In this document: positions 49,972 to 59,921 of the stretch, piece after piece
How the letters are laid out: every line of letters starts with the position of its first letter
Position numbering within the stretch: the stretch's first letter is position 1
NCBI GenBank assembly: GCA_963733095.1
Contig: CAVTBV010000008.1
Coordinates: 1-64,000, forward strand
DNA from: Candidatus Bathyarchaeota archaeon
Lineage (GTDB): Archaea > Thermoproteota > Bathyarchaeia > Bathyarchaeales > Bathycorpusculaceae
Reading direction: 5' to 3'
Length of the DNA: 64,000 nt
Translations under genes and position numbers: made by a program
Notes under the pieces: model-generated
Database searches by the model: none
What the model saw: the letters and a program-made list of their open reading frames with translations, nothing else
Told to the model about the DNA's origin: nothing

Positions 49972-50400
49972 CTATTTGGGGGGCAAACATACCGTAAAAG
50001 TTGTGCTCTTCCCTTCTTGGCTTTCAAAAGTTACTGTTCCCCCTAAACCTTCAGTCATGCGTTTAATCACTGCTAATCCGAAACCTTGACCTTTAGCTTT
50101 GGTTGTGAACATTGGCGTAAACATCTTACCTTAAATGGCTTTGATATGCCTCCTCCGGTATCCTTGACATCTATCACGACATCACTTGCTTTTTTGTAAG
50201 CCTTTATGACAATTTCACCGCCATTAGGCATCGCTTGAACAGCGTTATTAACCAAATTGACCATAATGCGTTTTATGAAAGCAGAGTCAGTATAACCTTT
50301 TCAGCCGCAACTTCAACTTTAACGTTTACTTTAACATTTTCGGGCAAACCGTTCTTTGCCAATAAGTCTTCAACTAAGAGTTTCAGATCAACTTCTTCTT
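49972..50400 (-). pseudogene. frameshifted histidine kinase HATPase_c remnant
   Basis: NNAVQAMPNGG, DTGGGI and GQGFGLAVIKRM lie in different frames. Confidence 0.85.
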
Positions 50401-50401
50401 A

Positions 50402-50501
50402 CATCTGTTTGAAAGTTGCTGGTTGTACTTCAAGCTGCCTAGCAACCAGCGGCTAACCCAGAAATTCCTGCGCCAATTACTATGATACGTTGTTGCATCA
50501 T
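50402..50501 (-). pseudogene. N-terminal stub of an FAD-dependent oxidoreductase
   Basis: MMQQRIIVIGAGISGLAAGC* (GxGxxG dinucleotide-binding motif), then stops; joined directly to the kinase remnant. Confidence 0.6.
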
Positions 50502-50654
50502 TGATTCAAATTGCCAAATATTAGAGCATTTCACACAACAATTGGCCACATCTCAATTAGAAAGACGGTACCCGCTCAAATCAACTCTACAGTCAAGAAA
50601 AAAATGAAAAACGGAAAATTCATCTAGAACGCGTTGACTTTTAGTTCTGAGTTA

Positions 50655-50978
50655 CTATCGCGGAGTATTGACTGCTGTTTTTCTTTTTGATTTTTCTATT
50701 ATCTCACAGATGCGGCAGGCGGCGTCATCGAGTGTCTTTTTGAGCTGCTTCATGTCCTCTTCGACTGCGTCGCGGTTTTCCAAAAGTGGGTAGACACTGA
50801 GATGGATCAAGTCGAAAGTTGCCTTAATGTCAATTTTTCCTGTTCTTTTTTGATCCATGACTGATTTCATTATTTTTTCTCTTTTGGCAATTTCCTCAAT
50901 CTTTAACCTTGGTTTATCGCTACTTAGACTTCTGCTCATTACATTACCACCTCTATCTCTGGAATTTTCATCCCACAC
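50655..50978 (-). CDS. small helical hypothetical protein (likely start MSRS at 50939)
   Basis: Start overlaps the stop of the 398-aa gene. Confidence 0.6.
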   Translation of the reverse strand: MWDENSRDRGGNVMSRSLSSDKPRLKIEEIAKREKIMKSVMDQKRTGKIDIKATFDLIHLSVYPLLENRDAVEEDMKQLKKTLDDAACRICEIIEKSKRKTAVNTPR

Positions 50979-52135
50979 AGGTTTAATCCCTTAATTTTAA
51001 TACCTTTTAATACCAAGCTTAGGTCAAGCTTGTCGGTGATTGCTGAGTCAGTTGTAACTGTGCCGGATAAGTTTGAAAACTCCAAGCCGCCCTTGACCCT
51101 CATCACCATTTTGCTGACGTTGAGAGTTAATACGCCGGTTATATGGGCTCTATCTGCGTCACCAATGAGGGTAACACCTGGTCCATACATCTGTTTTGAG
51201 GTGGATATGGTTAGAGCAGTCTTAGATTCTGCTTCAAAGGGCTGGGTAGTGACAGATGGAATTGTTACGTTTAAGGCTTTTATGTCTTTCATGGAAGCTT
51301 GAGGACTCGAAATTCCGTTTGAGTCCATTTCATCAATTGTTGTTTGGTCTGTTGCGATGTCGTTGGGTCCCGTTGGATTAGGGATTGGAAGGCACAGTCC
51401 AATGTTAATTCCAAGGGGAGTATCGATGGGGATGCTTGTACATTTCATCTGTATGTTGTCGGCTGAAACTTGGTCTATTGTGGTTTCCTTTATCGGGTCA
51501 GCAGTCATAGAGAATGGACCGATAGAGGTTAGAGTTGAAAACATGGAAAATTGACCAGCGCCGAACACGACGTCTCCAAGCGTATGTTTCTCCACATAAG
51601 AGTTAAAGTTGACTCCGCCCGATACGCCATAACAAAAGTCAGACCAACAGAGCGGCCATGGCAAGTCAATGTTTCCCGAAAACGTTGTGCTTATGGATAA
51701 TGTGATTTCTAGCTCTACGTTTTTGGCTTTGCATGATTCGTACTTGAATGTTCCGCTAAAATCTCTCAGCCGAAGGTTTGGAATGGATACTTCACCGATT
51801 TCTATCTCCGCAATCGAGAGCGGTCCCCCGATGCTGGAGGCGATTTTGGATTGGGGTATAACTGCTCGAGCTATCACCTTTTGTTCTCTTGGGCGACATC
51901 GCATTTGGGGCGGAGGGCAATCACAACCCTTTATCGGGATTTTGGGTAAATCGAAACATACTTTTTGTGTTTCTACCTCTATTTTAGGCAAGTTTAAGCA
52001 GACTTTTTGCGTTTCCACCTTCGGCAGTGGAATGCATATTTTCCCTTCTTGCGATGCAGTAGTTGCGTTAGTTGTTTCTACGGAAGTTACTTCTTTTACA
52101 TCTAAAACTTTTTTTGTTCTCGAGCTCTTGCTCAA
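50939..52135 (-). CDS. beta-rich Cys-containing hypothetical protein
   Basis: 398 aa; N-terminal triple repeat KICIPLPKV/KVCLNLPKI/KVCFDLPKI. Confidence 0.75.
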   Translation of the reverse strand: MSKSSRTKKVLDVKEVTSVETTNATTASQEGKICIPLPKVETQKVCLNLPKIEVETQKVCFDLPKIPIKGCDCPPPQMRCRPREQKVIARAVIPQSKIASSIGGPLSIAEIEIGEVSIPNLRLRDFSGTFKYESCKAKNVELEITLSISTTFSGNIDLPWPLCWSDFCYGVSGGVNFNSYVEKHTLGDVVFGAGQFSMFSTLTSIGPFSMTADPIKETTIDQVSADNIQMKCTSIPIDTPLGINIGLCLPIPNPTGPNDIATDQTTIDEMDSNGISSPQASMKDIKALNVTIPSVTTQPFEAESKTALTISTSKQMYGPGVTLIGDADRAHITGVLTLNVSKMVMRVKGGLEFSNLSGTVTTDSAITDKLDLSLVLKGIKIKGLNLCGMKIPEIEVVM

Positions 52136-52238
52136 TTGCTTGGCCCCATTTCTATTTGGGAATATTGTTATTTATCGTTTGTGTTGAGTCTGATTAGTCG
52201 ACTCAATTTAAGAACGTACACACCACCCTATGACTTTT

Positions 52239-52637
52239 CTATTGCAATCTATATGTCAAGAAGTAGAAACGTGGTGACAATCTGGAGAGCAACAAGATTT
52301 GTTCAAAAATCCTATAGCACTTTAACAGTGTTGCAGGTTCTCCAAATGCTTCAAGCTTGTTTGTTTGGAGTGCTTTGTTGAGAGTTATTCTACCTTCAAG
52401 AAGGTCAAAGAGGCATTTTCTTGAAAAGTTTATTCTCACATCAATGGTCTTAGGCATTTTTTCCCCTCCGATAATAACATCGTCGGCTGTAACGCGAATC
52501 AGGGTTTTCTCTTCATCGAGAGTCTGAAGCCAGTTTAAGCCCTCAGTTTCAGCAATCATTCTCCTAAGATGTTGAGGGTAATCTTGTTTCATTAACGCGA
52601 TCAGCTCTTTCATGAATTGTTCAAGTGTCAATTGCAT
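52239..52637 (-). CDS. SCP2 (sterol carrier)-like lipid-binding protein
   Basis: DVRINFSRKCLFDLLEGRITLNKALQTNKLEAFG matches the SCP2 C-terminal pattern. Confidence 0.6.
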   Translation of the reverse strand: MQLTLEQFMKELIALMKQDYPQHLRRMIAETEGLNWLQTLDEEKTLIRVTADDVIIGGEKMPKTIDVRINFSRKCLFDLLEGRITLNKALQTNKLEAFGEPATLLKCYRIFEQILLLSRLSPRFYFLTYRLQ

Positions 52638-52642
52638 AGGTT

Positions 52643-53749
52643 CTAAACCCTCTTTCGCGGACGAACCGATTCAAACCAGCAGGGAAGAACACACTCATAG
52701 GTATTGCCTCCAACTTTCGCGCGCAAGTTGGCTTCACAGAACATTTCATTGAACACAACCTCTGACGAATTGATAATACTATTGTTGACTATGCTACATA
52801 CCGCCTTAGGGGTAAAAACAATTTCAAGTTTATCGACGTCTTTAAAGGCGGTAAACGTTCTGTTTTTTGGAATAGACGGGCGGTAACTCGGATACAGTAA
52901 CTGCGTGATTCCAGGCATAACGCTTAGGTTGCCATCGTAGTCTCCTGAGGAAGCTATCTTCATTTTAGTGTTGTCGAAGAATTGTCTTTTTCCATCTTTT
53001 GTTTCAAGGAAGACTCCGCCGTATGATAAATCGTTGGAAGAGCCATAGCGGTAAATCAGAAAATCCACTCGTCCAGGCTCATCGGCAGCTAGAGGGTCAC
53101 AAAAGATAACGCCAGTATCCCAACCCCAAGTCATCCCTATGTCGAAGCATCCGCCTTCATGGTCCTGATAGCCCTGATTAGTCTTAATTGCGTAGTTCTT
53201 CTTGCATATTGTTAGGTTGCCTTCAACAAATAGTCTCGGCAGCTCAACCCAACTTTCCCATTGGTGATTCATTTCTTGGGCTGCCAAAAGCATCTTTGCG
53301 TTAGGATTCTGCTCTTTTAGGACTTCCATGAAGATATCTTTGTCTGTCACAGGTGGCGATACAACTTTAAAATTTAGGTCAAAAGAAGTCTGTTCCATCT
53401 GTCCCACAACATCAAAAGAATTGTTCGCCAACAAAGCTACTGAGAAATTATCGCCGGTAAAGTTGGGGCTGTATGATGTAACCTCGAGTTGACCCATCTG
53501 TATTAACTTTAATTCGGAAAATATTTTTTGAGATGAATCCACAATGTATGAAAGAACAGAGCCCCAGCCGCGTTTTGAATCATATGGATTTCCATGAACA
53601 CCAAAGTTTAGCAGACCGAATATCCCTGTTTTTCGGTCGAAAAAAACGAAGTCATGCCATTCTTGATAGAGCCGAGCCTTCGCATCGAAAAGGGAGGGCA
53701 GAGTGAAAGCATCGACGCTAGCCGTGTCTTCTACACGGTATAGAGTCAT
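52643..53749 (-). CDS. AttH/CrtC/tocopherol-cyclase-like beta-barrel protein
   Basis: YQEWHDF near the N-terminus and GYQDHEGG...WGWD resemble the EWWYF and G-Y-x-DH-x-WG..W-x-W motifs. Confidence 0.55.
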   Translation of the reverse strand: MTLYRVEDTASVDAFTLPSLFDAKARLYQEWHDFVFFDRKTGIFGLLNFGVHGNPYDSKRGWGSVLSYIVDSSQKIFSELKLIQMGQLEVTSYSPNFTGDNFSVALLANNSFDVVGQMEQTSFDLNFKVVSPPVTDKDIFMEVLKEQNPNAKMLLAAQEMNHQWESWVELPRLFVEGNLTICKKNYAIKTNQGYQDHEGGCFDIGMTWGWDTGVIFCDPLAADEPGRVDFLIYRYGSSNDLSYGGVFLETKDGKRQFFDNTKMKIASSGDYDGNLSVMPGITQLLYPSYRPSIPKNRTFTAFKDVDKLEIVFTPKAVCSIVNNSIINSSEVVFNEMFCEANLRAKVGGNTYECVLPCWFESVRPRKRV

Positions 53750-54180
53750 TGAACAGACTGCTCAGGGGTAGTTTCTTCAGTGGCTGGTGTTGCCTTTTCT
53801 ATTATGTCAACTGCGCGATTGGATACTTTTTGTACAAGGGTTAAGAGTTCTGTGTTAAATTGGATGTAGAGGCGCATCATGTCGCTGACAGAGTTGCTGA
53901 CGAGTTCAGTCATTTCTTCATTGTTTAGTTTGCTCATACGTGAAGACACTTTGCTTAGTCTTTGAGCTGTCTGAACAGTGTTATTTACTGAAGCTTGGGT
54001 TAACTTGGTTAATTGGTCTTTGTATTCTGGATTGTTAAGCGTGGATGCGATTTGGTCTATGGCTTTCTGCACAGTCTTCGGGTTAGGCATAACTGTTTTA
54101 GGGTTTGCCTCAGCTGTGCTTTTGGCCCTTGTGCTTGTTTTTTTGGTTGTTTGATTGCTCACCGTTATCTCCTCTCTCAT
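53746..54180 (-). CDS. alpha-helical hypothetical protein
   Basis: 144 aa, amphipathic helices, overlaps the next gene by 4 bp. Confidence 0.65.
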   Translation of the reverse strand: MREEITVSNQTTKKTSTRAKSTAEANPKTVMPNPKTVQKAIDQIASTLNNPEYKDQLTKLTQASVNNTVQTAQRLSKVSSRMSKLNNEEMTELVSNSVSDMMRLYIQFNTELLTLVQKVSNRAVDIIEKATPATEETTPEQSVQ

Positions 54181-54197
54181 GTTATTGGTTAACGTAT

Positions 54198-55223
54198 TTA
54201 TTTTTTCCGATGGATAAGGTAATCGGTCTGTTCAAGGAAGAAGTCTTTCCACCTCTTCTCAACCATCCAGTCACATTCATTCAGCAAAACGTCTCGGGCT
54301 TTACTGGCAAACTGCTTCGCAATTTTCACAGAGTACTCTATGGCGTCATATTTCTGCATAAGACCTCTAACATATGCCACATCGGCATCTGTCTTAACTT
54401 CACGAGGTTTCCCTAGAATCTTTCGTACATGATCCTTCTCCTTGGCACCACATGAGCTAAGGGTATGTATTAGCATTAGAGTCCTTTTTCCTTCCAAGAT
54501 GTCACCATCGATCTCTTTCCCGTAGAGGCTCTGTGAAGAAGTAAGGTTGAGTGTGTCGTCGGTTATCTGGAAGGCTATCCCAGTGAATAGAGCATACCTG
54601 GTGATGGCATCTAACTGTTCAGGACTCGCCACATCCAAACCTATGATGATTCCCGCTCGGCAGGGTGTAATAATCGTATACCAACAAGTTTTATTCTCAC
54701 AAATGCTGAAATAATCTTCAGGAGTCAAATCAACCCGGTTATCCTTGACAAAGGTTAACTCCTTTATCTGCCCCTCAACACTTCGCCGGGCAGTCTCCTG
54801 TATCTCCATAATAATCTGCAGTGATTTACGCACGCCTATCGAGGACAAATTGTCTATAAGCGGAGACATTGCGAGAATTTTCACAGCATCCCCAGCGTTT
54901 GCTGCTAACGCAAGACCGTATTTTCTGTTTAATGTAAAGTCGCCACGTCGGTAGATTGACTGATCGACAATGTCATCTTTTATTAGGAAAGAATTATGCA
55001 AAAGCTCAATAGAAGTCGCTGTGTCAACAGCGTTATTGTAGTCGCCGCCCACTGAAGCCGCCGCCGCCAGACAAAAAAGAGGACGAATCCCTTTTCCAGG
55101 TCTAGTTGGATAGTCAGCCAAAAGATCGTAAGCTAACGTTTTGGACCCAAAATTATGTTTAAGGTAATACTGCATCCGAACGGCGACTTTTTTCTTCATC
55201 GCTGACAGGGTTATTTCGCTCAA
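54198..55223 (-). CDS. polyprenyl diphosphate synthase family protein
   Basis: GKGIRP, DDIVD..YRRG, GQ..E, KT, FQITDDTLN, GDILEGKRT. Confidence 0.9.
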   Translation of the reverse strand: MSEITLSAMKKKVAVRMQYYLKHNFGSKTLAYDLLADYPTRPGKGIRPLFCLAAAASVGGDYNNAVDTATSIELLHNSFLIKDDIVDQSIYRRGDFTLNRKYGLALAANAGDAVKILAMSPLIDNLSSIGVRKSLQIIMEIQETARRSVEGQIKELTFVKDNRVDLTPEDYFSICENKTCWYTIITPCRAGIIIGLDVASPEQLDAITRYALFTGIAFQITDDTLNLTSSQSLYGKEIDGDILEGKRTLMLIHTLSSCGAKEKDHVRKILGKPREVKTDADVAYVRGLMQKYDAIEYSVKIAKQFASKARDVLLNECDWMVEKRWKDFFLEQTDYLIHRKK

Positions 55224-55305
55224 GCCTTGACCATCAGCCCCTAATACCCAGAAATCATAGATAACCTTTCTCTATTCAGTCTTAAGGGACCTTTCAAGCT
55301 CAAAG

Positions 55306-56781
55306 TTAGGTATGTGTTGCTTTCCGAGGGATTTGTGTATAAATTGAGGAGATACCTGCGACATCGATTGCACTCGTTACTGATTTGATGGCCCAATCCA
55401 AGAGGGCGGAGGGATTCTGTGTCGCTTGGGCAGCTACCGCAAAACCTGTTTGGAGAGCATCCAAAGCAGATTTTGCCATGGCATTAGGATCCTGCACCAT
55501 CTCAAGCAAGTTATTCAACCCCGTCGAAAACATTGCCTGCTCGATTGTTCCTTGAACCACTTCCAAGTTGGTCGCTTCGGTTTGAGTAATAGTTCCCATT
55601 AATATGCCCCCAACGATATCAGCATACCTTGGGTCTATTTGTGAACGTGCGGCCATGAGCTCCATTGAACGCAACCAAAGTGGGTTAAAACTTCGATTTC
55701 TAATCAATTGAACAATGAAACGTGCAAGCGACATCCCGTACTGAAGTTCCCGCTCAACAATGTTCTGGTATGTAACCATGGCTTCTTTGGATAAATTATT
55801 GGCAATTAAAGAGGAGATGGCAACTTCAGAGGCCCATCTACCACTAAGAAGTGCATATTGGATGCCCTCGCCATTTATCGGATTTACTAACCCAGCAGCG
55901 TCGCCGACAAGCATAACTCGGTCACTAACCAATGGCTGGCTTGGATTGTAGGTTGTTAATGTCCAGCCCCCAATTTTCCCCACCAATTTAGCATTCTTAA
56001 GTCTTTCACCCAATGCTGCATCAGTTTTGATGAGGTGGTTTAGAAGCTCCTTCAAGAGGTTGCCCGGGGGTATTGTGTCTAAGACAACCCCTACGCCTAC
56101 GTTAGCTCGATTGCCACCGGTAGGAAAAAGCCAGGAGTAACCAGGAAAACTCTCTTTATTGAAGTGCAAGTCAGCCTGATTTGACGGACCTTCAACACCC
56201 TCAAAGTATCCACGTATGGCAATGATTCTATCGGCACTATACACGGGCTGACCCCTCACGATTCTGGCTATAATTGAATTACTGCCATCCGCACCGATCA
56301 ACAGACGCGTCTTCAAAGTTTTTTTCCCATCAGACCCCTCCACATCCAACTCAACTCCTCCACGCTTTACCCGCACACCTACCGCTCTCAAGCCCTCCAA
56401 AAAAACAGCCCCTTCTCTACACGCCGAATCCAATACCAACTTATCCAAGATAACGCGGGGAACTACGCGACCGTATCGAGGTAGTCCTTGGAGCTTAGGG
56501 ACGACTCTGGAAACTAATTTGTTGCCATCTAGAAAAACCGCGGCTTTGCTTATCCGGTTTGCACTCTTAAATTCAGGAGTACGAGTGACACCCAGTCGAG
56601 CAAGCTCAATCTGTGAAACCGGACTAACAAAGTCGCCGCAGATTTTATCGCGGGGAAATTTACATCTATCGATCAGAATTACGTTATAACCAGCAATTGT
56701 AAGATAGCTGGCAGCAGCGGAACCTGCGGGTCCAGCGCCCACCACTATCACGTCGCTGTCGTATTCTTTTTTGTTATTCAA
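55306..56781 (-). CDS. geranylgeranyl reductase family flavoprotein with C-terminal helical extension
   Basis: GAGPAGS, FPRDKICGD, GADG, GYSWLFP, VGDAAGLVNPINGEGI. Confidence 0.9.
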   Translation of the reverse strand: MNNKKEYDSDVIVVGAGPAGSAAASYLTIAGYNVILIDRCKFPRDKICGDFVSPVSQIELARLGVTRTPEFKSANRISKAAVFLDGNKLVSRVVPKLQGLPRYGRVVPRVILDKLVLDSACREGAVFLEGLRAVGVRVKRGGVELDVEGSDGKKTLKTRLLIGADGSNSIIARIVRGQPVYSADRIIAIRGYFEGVEGPSNQADLHFNKESFPGYSWLFPTGGNRANVGVGVVLDTIPPGNLLKELLNHLIKTDAALGERLKNAKLVGKIGGWTLTTYNPSQPLVSDRVMLVGDAAGLVNPINGEGIQYALLSGRWASEVAISSLIANNLSKEAMVTYQNIVERELQYGMSLARFIVQLIRNRSFNPLWLRSMELMAARSQIDPRYADIVGGILMGTITQTEATNLEVVQGTIEQAMFSTGLNNLLEMVQDPNAMAKSALDALQTGFAVAAQATQNPSALLDWAIKSVTSAIDVAGISSIYTQIPRKATHT

Positions 56782-57225
56782 TGAAATGATTAGTCACTCC
56801 TGACAAGATGAAAGAGAATATTGGCTTTATTAAGTGGCTGCGGGCTTTGGCAAGCAAAGCCACTTTAATCTCCTGTTCCATCGTGTTAGCTATGACTCAT
56901 TAGACGGGATCTTGTTAATAACTTTGCTTTGACCCCACAAACGCCCTAAAGGAGAAGAAATAGTGAATTGTCCGCCAAGCTAGTTTTTGTCACTGGCAAC
57001 AGACCATTTCTTGACTTCCGAACTTTTCATTTTCAACCAACTATTTGCCCTTCACCAGGTTTCATCATTCAAAAAAGAGGCGAAGAGGTTAACTTTAGAT
57101 TAATCATGCAGAATTGTGCAAGGAATTTTAAATTTCTTAACGTTGGTTTTTTTGGAGCTGACGAGAAATTCCTCAATAGTGCAAAATACCTTTGATGTAT
57201 ATTTGAAGAGAGCTGACAAGGGTAG

Positions 57226-58362
57226 TTAGGAGCTTAATTCTTGAATTTCGTATTCTTTAACTTCCCTAGTTTTTGTGTTAACCTGTACTTTTGCCAGTTT
57301 ATCTTGAAGACTCAGCTCAACCATAAAGGAGTCACCTTCGGGGGACACTTTTAGGGGTTGTATCTTATTTTTGATGCCTAAACGCTTCATTGAGTCGACC
57401 GCCAACAAAATTGCTTTTTCAACATCAAACATTGAGTCTGTTTCTGGAATTGAAGGCGGATTTGTTTCTGCTTCCAAGTTGTTGGTTTGGCTTAAATTGG
57501 CTACAGGTTTTTCTGTATCAAGCAGGTCATTAACTAAAGTTTCTTTTTTGTAATTTTCCTTGAAAAATTTTGATTTCAAGTTAAAAAAAGTTTTTTGGTC
57601 TTCGTTTTTTGTTTTCACTTTTTTTTCTGAAACTTCAGTAAAGTTAGCTATCGTTAATCTGCCCGTGATGCCGTCAATTAATGTGGTTACGATTTTTGAC
57701 TCTTTAACATTTCGAAAAGAAAGCTCATAAACTGGACTATAAATTATCAGGCGATCGGTTATTTCAAAAATTTCTCTCACTATTACGTCTGCGTCTGATG
57801 GACGCTTCACTATTTTGGATCTAATAAAATCTATTTCTTCATCCAAAGAGATGCAGGGTTTTCTATGATCAATATCGAAATTTTCATGATTTTCAGCCTC
57901 AGCCTCAAAAGGCCCCATTGATATTTTTTCTGGTGCAACTTCTCGAAACAGCCTATCCATTACAAAATAGGTTTCATTCTCATAATGGGAATGCTCCTCA
58001 CCTATGAGTCTTAATACTTTAGATCCCGTTCCGTCGCTTGAGGGTTCAAATCTAAACGGTGCTCCACCAACAAAAACTTTTTCCACTTTACTGTCCGCTT
58101 TGAGCTCAAATACATGTTTCTTGCAATAATCAATCGAGTATTTTCCGCCAATTACTATGAAGGGTTCATAGTATTTGGAAAAACCTACAAGTGAAATGTC
58201 TTCAACTCTCGACTTCAAAAATCCTCGATTAGCGAAAAGACTAGCTTTTTGGGTTTCTCCGACCTGTCTCGCTCTATTTGGGTCTAGGCGAGCTTTTAGA
58301 ATAGCAGTCTTTCTGTCGACTACTTTCTGAGGGAGGGCTTCGCTATTTTCCATCGATTTCAC
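57226..58362 (-). CDS. hypothetical protein
   Basis: 378-aa ORF; IDGITG motif and PepSY-like C-terminal pattern. Confidence 0.7.
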   Translation of the reverse strand: MKSMENSEALPQKVVDRKTAILKARLDPNRARQVGETQKASLFANRGFLKSRVEDISLVGFSKYYEPFIVIGGKYSIDYCKKHVFELKADSKVEKVFVGGAPFRFEPSSDGTGSKVLRLIGEEHSHYENETYFVMDRLFREVAPEKISMGPFEAEAENHENFDIDHRKPCISLDEEIDFIRSKIVKRPSDADVIVREIFEITDRLIIYSPVYELSFRNVKESKIVTTLIDGITGRLTIANFTEVSEKKVKTKNEDQKTFFNLKSKFFKENYKKETLVNDLLDTEKPVANLSQTNNLEAETNPPSIPETDSMFDVEKAILLAVDSMKRLGIKNKIQPLKVSPEGDSFMVELSLQDKLAKVQVNTKTREVKEYEIQELSS

Positions 58363-58545
58363 TTGTTTCTTGCTGCTTAAACTTTAGCTTTTATTAATTG
58401 AACCCGATATTTTTCTTGACTTTATGTTGCTGCTTATTTGCTAAACAGGAACCCTGAACGGGTTTTTTGAATATCTTTAAAACTAAAAATGTTGGGAGTT
58501 TGTGTTTGGGAAGCTACGGGACCCTTTTTATTTTTTTAGTTTTTT

Positions 58546-58869
58546 TTAAATCTCTAAAGGGCGCTTCTGTTCTTCGGAAGTTTTCCCGTTGCCGTTTCCA
58601 TTTTTGAGTCCGTTTCCATGTGGGAATGTTGGCAAAGTGTATACGTCTGTTACGCCGTTAAGTCCCTTCATCTTTTTCTGGACAAAATCGACGGCTTGGC
58701 CACTTTCTTCAGCGTTTATCCACATTCCTACGTCCCAGGAGCCAAAAATGTTCATGCTGTAGAGCAGGTCTACTCCTGATACTGGTTTGTCGTCCATGGT
58801 TCTTATTGCGCCTAAGGTTTCCATTAGTTTTGTTGGGTTTAGTTTCAATAGGACTAAATATTCTGGCAT
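58546..58869 (-). CDS. stand-alone Lrp/AsnC ligand-binding-like domain protein
   Basis: IFGSWDV...GVTDVYTL ferredoxin-like pattern; SD ggaggt. Confidence 0.65.
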   Translation of the reverse strand: MPEYLVLLKLNPTKLMETLGAIRTMDDKPVSGVDLLYSMNIFGSWDVGMWINAEESGQAVDFVQKKMKGLNGVTDVYTLPTFPHGNGLKNGNGNGKTSEEQKRPLEI

Positions 58870-59065
58870 ATTTCTTTTACCTCCAATTTTTTATTTAAAA
58901 AAAAGATATACACTGAGCATATTAACTCTTACGAATCGATAATATGTATTTGTTCTAAGACCACAAAAAAACTAACAAAAAGCAAATCTCAAAAATAAGG
59001 CCAAACAAAACAAATCAAAAGATATAAAAACTTATTTAAATTTTAAATCAAAAGATCAGTTAGAA

Positions 59066-59659
59066 TTATAAAGAATACCACTTCTTGATTTCTTTTACGC
59101 TATCCTCGGATTTGTTGTATTCCTGCAACATACATTCTATTGATTTAGAACATACAAAACAGGTTACAGGCACCCCTTCAGATTTATCTCTCTGACTAAG
59201 ATAGCCAAAAAAATACAAACATTCAGAGTCGGACGATTGCGTTTGCTTCTCAGGTACATCCTGTGAGTTTTGTAAATTGTAATCGCTGTCTAAAGTATCG
59301 AGGACTTCAATTGGAGCCGGCATCATTTTTTCGGGTTCCTCGTCCACTTCAAGCTTCTCCGCAGAAACCAATTCATCATTGATTGGTGCCGGGTCGCTTT
59401 GAGGAAGTTCTACTGCCTGCGGATCCGAGACAATTTCTTGTTTGTTCCCTTTTAGCCGTCTCGTTTGCTTTTTTTTCTGCACAGCCGTTTCTTGAGTAGG
59501 TGAGTGAAAACCGTAAGAATCTTCGTCAACCAATGTTTGACAGCTAGGGCACACGTAATACTTAATTATTTTAGGTTTAGAGAAAACTTTGTTGCAATTA
59601 GGATTAGAACAGCAATATCGCTTAATCTTATTGCTTTTACTTTGGTCAACTGGCTCCAT
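59066..59659 (-). CDS. hypothetical protein with N- and C-terminal Cys clusters
   Basis: CSNPNC..CPSC; CLYFFGYL...C..C...IEC. Confidence 0.7.
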   Translation of the reverse strand: MEPVDQSKSNKIKRYCCSNPNCNKVFSKPKIIKYYVCPSCQTLVDEDSYGFHSPTQETAVQKKKQTRRLKGNKQEIVSDPQAVELPQSDPAPINDELVSAEKLEVDEEPEKMMPAPIEVLDTLDSDYNLQNSQDVPEKQTQSSDSECLYFFGYLSQRDKSEGVPVTCFVCSKSIECMLQEYNKSEDSVKEIKKWYSL

Positions 59660-59921
59660 AATATGTGCCTGGTCGGTACAGTTTCCTCTTTTAGCTCTAA
59701 TTTATGGAACACGCAGAAAAAAAGGTTTCCGATTAACAAGACTCCAAAAACCAAGATTAACTAACCCGCTAACCCCTCAGCTTCCTAATTTTCGGCAATC
59801 CAAGTCTACGTGACTCAAAGCGTTTTTTCAGGCTACGCATTGGTTTGGGGTTGATTGTGGCAAAACCTTCTAATTTGAGTTTGATTTCCAGATAGAGAAA
59901 AAGCAGCAGCTACTATGGAGT

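Noticed and set aside
26671-50096. Diversity-generating retroelement TR/VR pair (119-bp repeat)
   Set aside because: Only one mismatch and no reverse transcriptase; paralog recombination is simpler.
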